A stretch of 47,721 nt of DNA, taken from a virus (Duplodnaviria > Caudoviricetes). The position numbers and the translations under genes are program-made. Where the stretch lies: positions 1 to 47,721 of the IMG/VR virus record IMGVR_UViG_3300037524_001274. One strand, written 5' to 3'. Numbering within the stretch: the stretch's first letter is position 1; every line of letters starts with the position of its first letter. Under the pieces are notes generated by a model. It was not told the DNA's origin. It made no database searches and saw only the letters and a list, made by a program, of their open reading frames with translations. Positions 45,651 through 47,721 of this stretch are shown here, one piece after another.

Positions 45651-46052
45651 CTACTCCCAGCGCGCGCGCCGCGCGCCGGCCCACTGCCACCGGATCCTCC
45701 GGAAGGCCTCGCGCGCCGCCTCGCGGGCCTTCGTGGCGGCCGCGTCGGCCGCGTACCAGTCCTCGCCGGAGCCCGGGCGGCTGTAGAACTCCACCCAGTT
45801 GCGCGCCACCTGACCGGTCGGGGCATCCGCGAGAAGGTCCCAGTCCCCGTCGGCCAGCGCCGCCTTGCGGGCCTCGCGGGCCACCTGCTCCACGTCCAGC
45901 TCGCCGATGCGCGCCTCGCGCACCACCCGGAGGACCTTGGCGCCGTAGGACTCCAGCGCGAGGGTCACCGCCGCGTCGTTCTCCGCGCGCACCTTGACGG
46001 TCGCCGCGAGCCCCGTGAGCGGGTCCCGGTACGTCGCGATCCACTTCGCCAT
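45651..46052 (-). CDS. hypothetical protein
   Basis: GGAGGT SD just after twister copy 8; ATG at 46052. Confidence 0.7.
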   Translation of the reverse strand: MAKWIATYRDPLTGLAATVKVRAENDAAVTLALESYGAKVLRVVREARIGELDVEQVAREARKAALADGDWDLLADAPTGQVARNWVEFYSRPGSGEDWYAADAAATKAREAAREAFRRIRWQWAGARRARWE

Positions 46053-46065
46053 GTTCAACCTCCAC

Positions 46066-46125
46066 GGGGGCGGGCTTGGGACGCCCCCTGCCGCATTAGG
46101 CGCCCGCGCGGGGCGCCCCCTCTGC
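46066..46125 (-). ncRNA. twister ribozyme copy 8
   Basis: GCA-GAGGG-GGCGCCC(CGCGC)GGGCGCC-U^AA-UGC-GGCA-GGGGGCG-UCCCAAGC-C-CGCCCCC; predicted cut 46098^46097. Confidence 0.8.
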
Positions 46126-46301
46126 TACGCCGTCCACTCCCGGCTGCCCGCCTTGCGCTCGCACTGGGCGGCGTCGTTCGCCCGGTCGCGCTCGCAGTGC
46201 GCGCAGTCCACCGTCCACCCGATCCGGCCCCCACACTCGGGGCACCGCCACGGGTCGAATGCCGGCGCGGCCGGCCCGCCCTCGAAGTCGCTCACGGTCA
46301 C
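46125..46301 (-). CDS. 58-aa Zn-finger protein (CPEC...CAHC)
   Basis: Read manually; GAGGGG SD, GTGA overlap. Confidence 0.6.
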   Translation of the reverse strand: MTVSDFEGGPAAPAFDPWRCPECGGRIGWTVDCAHCERDRANDAAQCERKAGSREWTA

Positions 46302-46435
46302 CGCCCCTCGAAGTACGCGCGCGCCTCGCTCACCGGGTGGCGCCGCGCGTAGCGCCCCCGAGCCTTGGCCGGCGCCTCGCCACCGAGGACCGCCGCCACC
46401 ACCGACAGCACGAACAGCACGAGCGCCGCGTCCAT
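46298..46435 (-). CDS. 45-aa protein with hydrophobic N-terminus
   Basis: Read manually; GGAGG SD just after twister copy 9. Confidence 0.6.
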   Translation of the reverse strand: MDAALVLFVLSVVAAVLGGEAPAKARGRYARRHPVSEARAYFEGR

Positions 46436-46448
46436 TCTCGCCTCCAGT

Positions 46449-46567
46449 GCCCGGGCTTGGAACCGGGCCGCCGCGTTACGGCGGGGGTCGCTGGCGCCCG
46501 GTCAGCCCCGGGGCTCACCTTGCCCCGGGTCGGACACGCCGTTGTCGCTCTCCCCGCCGTCCTCCGC
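46449..46567 (-). ncRNA. twister ribozyme copy 9, with large structured insertion in the P1 loop
   Basis: GCG-GAGGA-CGGCGGGG[about 65 nt]CCCCGCCG-U^AA-CGC-GGCG-GCCCGG-UUCCAAGC-CCGGGC; T1 (UCC/GGA) and P2 (GCG/CGC) covary; predicted cut 46478^46477. Confidence 0.82.
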
Positions 46568-46633
46568 GCCTCACGAACCGGGCCGCGGGTGTAGCCCCCG
46601 CGAGGCCGCCCCCAATGGGCGCCCGGTCACCTG

Positions 46634-46813
46634 CTACGCCGTGGCCCAGCGCGGCAGAACGCCGGCCAGCTCGGGCCACTTCCGCGCCGCCGCCACGATG
46701 GCCGCGCCCCGGCTCCAGTAGAAGCCGGTCGACCCGCCCGGGCCCTCCACGTACCAGCTCGCGCGCTGGGCCCGCTTCTCGTCCCGATCCTGCAACAGCT
46801 TGAACTCGCTCAT
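46634..46813 (-). CDS. 59-aa hypothetical protein (first clear leftward gene)
   Basis: Read manually: MSEFKLLQDRDEKRAQRASWYVEGPGG...; GGAGG SD. Confidence 0.6.
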   Translation of the reverse strand: MSEFKLLQDRDEKRAQRASWYVEGPGGSTGFYWSRGAAIVAAARKWPELAGVLPRWATA

Positions 46814-46841
46814 CTTACGCCTCCAGTGTGTTCAAGGGCTT

Positions 46842-46971
46842 GCGCCCTCTCCCGAGCCTACCGGGCGGCTCCGCGCCGCTGGGCTCGGCCCACGCCGGCC
46901 TTGCGGCCTCAGACGCTGCCGAGGTGTCCAGCGGGTCGCTGCTCGCGCCCGGTAGGCTCAGGGGAGGGCGC
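46842..46971 (-). other. about 130-nt rod-like hairpin in the early leader
   Basis: 26-nt inverted repeat (24/26 match) enclosing further stems and a GGCC-GCAA-GGCC tetraloop. Confidence 0.65.
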
Positions 46972-47345
46972 GAGCGCCGCGGGTTCGATCCGACCGCCGC
47001 CGCGCTCACGCCTCCCGTCCTCCAACTTGTTCGCTTGGTTCAGGTTGCCGGGACCCCCCGGGGCCGTGTCTCGCGGTCCACCTTTCGGCTGCCGCTGACG
47101 GAGCCCTCCGAGCCCCACCTGCCTTTCCGGTCTGCCTGCCGCGCGCCCCGCCCCCGGGCCTGACCGCTCCCGCCCGCCTCGCGCGTGCCCTCCCGGGCCC
47201 ATCGCGAGGGTGCGGGGGATGAGTCGCCCCGGACCGTCCGCTTGCGGTAGGCTGTAAAGATCGAACGAGGGGCCCATCTCCCGGACCAGTTCGCCTTTCC
47301 TTGGCCGGCCTCTCAGCCCCGGCTCCGTTGCGTCCGACACTGTGG

Positions 47346-47374
47346 AAACTACGCTCGGGGGGGGTATCTGACAA
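47346..47374 (-). promoter_or_regulatory. sigma70-type promoter TTGTCA-N17-TAGTTT driving the leftward early arm
   Basis: Near-consensus -35 and -10 with 17-nt spacer, upstream of all minus-strand genes. Confidence 0.65.
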
Positions 47375-47721
47375 GGGCCCGATGCATCATTCTGGTGGAT
47401 CGTTTGCACTACGGCCTCGAGGGAGACACCAGAGGTTGGCGTAAAACACCATGCCGGGTCAGTGATGGCCCCCCCGGGGGGCGGCGCCGGGGGTCCTCCA
47501 GTCCCGGCCGGCCGTGGCCGTGGGCCTCAGGCCCCGGGCGAGCCCCTCCCGGGGCAGGTTCCGATAACAGAGATTATCGAGGTTGTCGTTACGCCCGTAT
47601 CCCCCTGAGCCCTCGAGGGTTGGGGTTATGTCAACCTCAGACACCCTGCCTTAGTGGATACGTGGGCCTCGAGGGTATGCGTGAAGTGGGCAGGGATCGA
47701 ACGCGCTGGGAGGGGGGCGCG

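Noticed and set aside
41527-46567. Repeats read as a CRISPR array, REP elements, integron attC sites or terminators
   Set aside because: Spacers are whole genes of variable length; no cas or integrase gene, no U-tracts, no attC core; covariation fits the twister fold
46975-47000. tRNA-like GGTTCGATCC T-loop
   Set aside because: The T-stem does not pair and no cloverleaf can be built
1-47721. Prophage att sites, lysogeny module or direct terminal repeats
   Set aside because: No integrase, repressor or host genes recognised; the two ends share only G-runs, not an exact repeat

Overview
A GC-rich, probably near-complete, podovirus-like dsDNA phage genome with two divergent arms. The + arm (403-31076) carries small early ORFs, an AAA_25/RepA-type helicase, scaffold, major capsid, tail fibre and tail-tube genes, ejection proteins including a 2753-aa polyvalent protein, two Cys-rich lipoproteins, lysis genes and a displaced portal. 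The - arm (46813 to 31160) carries many tiny early ORFs, YqaJ/ERF/SSB recombination genes, VRR-NUC, a terminase large subunit split into two ORFs, a metallophosphoesterase and a dATP/dGTP diphosphohydrolase. I recognise no integrase, repressor, DNA or RNA polymerase, tRNA or CRISPR array. The standout feature is nine intergenic repeats on the - strand (41527-46567). They fold as circularly permuted (P5-type order) twister self-cleaving ribozymes, with compensatory covariation in P1, P2, P4 and the T1 pseudoknot. Each sits after a stop codon and, in 8 of 9 cases, within a few nucleotides of the next Shine-Dalgarno. This suggests the phage cuts its early polycistronic transcript into 1-3-gene mRNAs without any protein. 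A second, separate 20-bp motif, GG(C/A)ACA-N8-TACTTT, occurs five times and looks like a phage middle/late promoter. All annotation is by eye; no searches were run.
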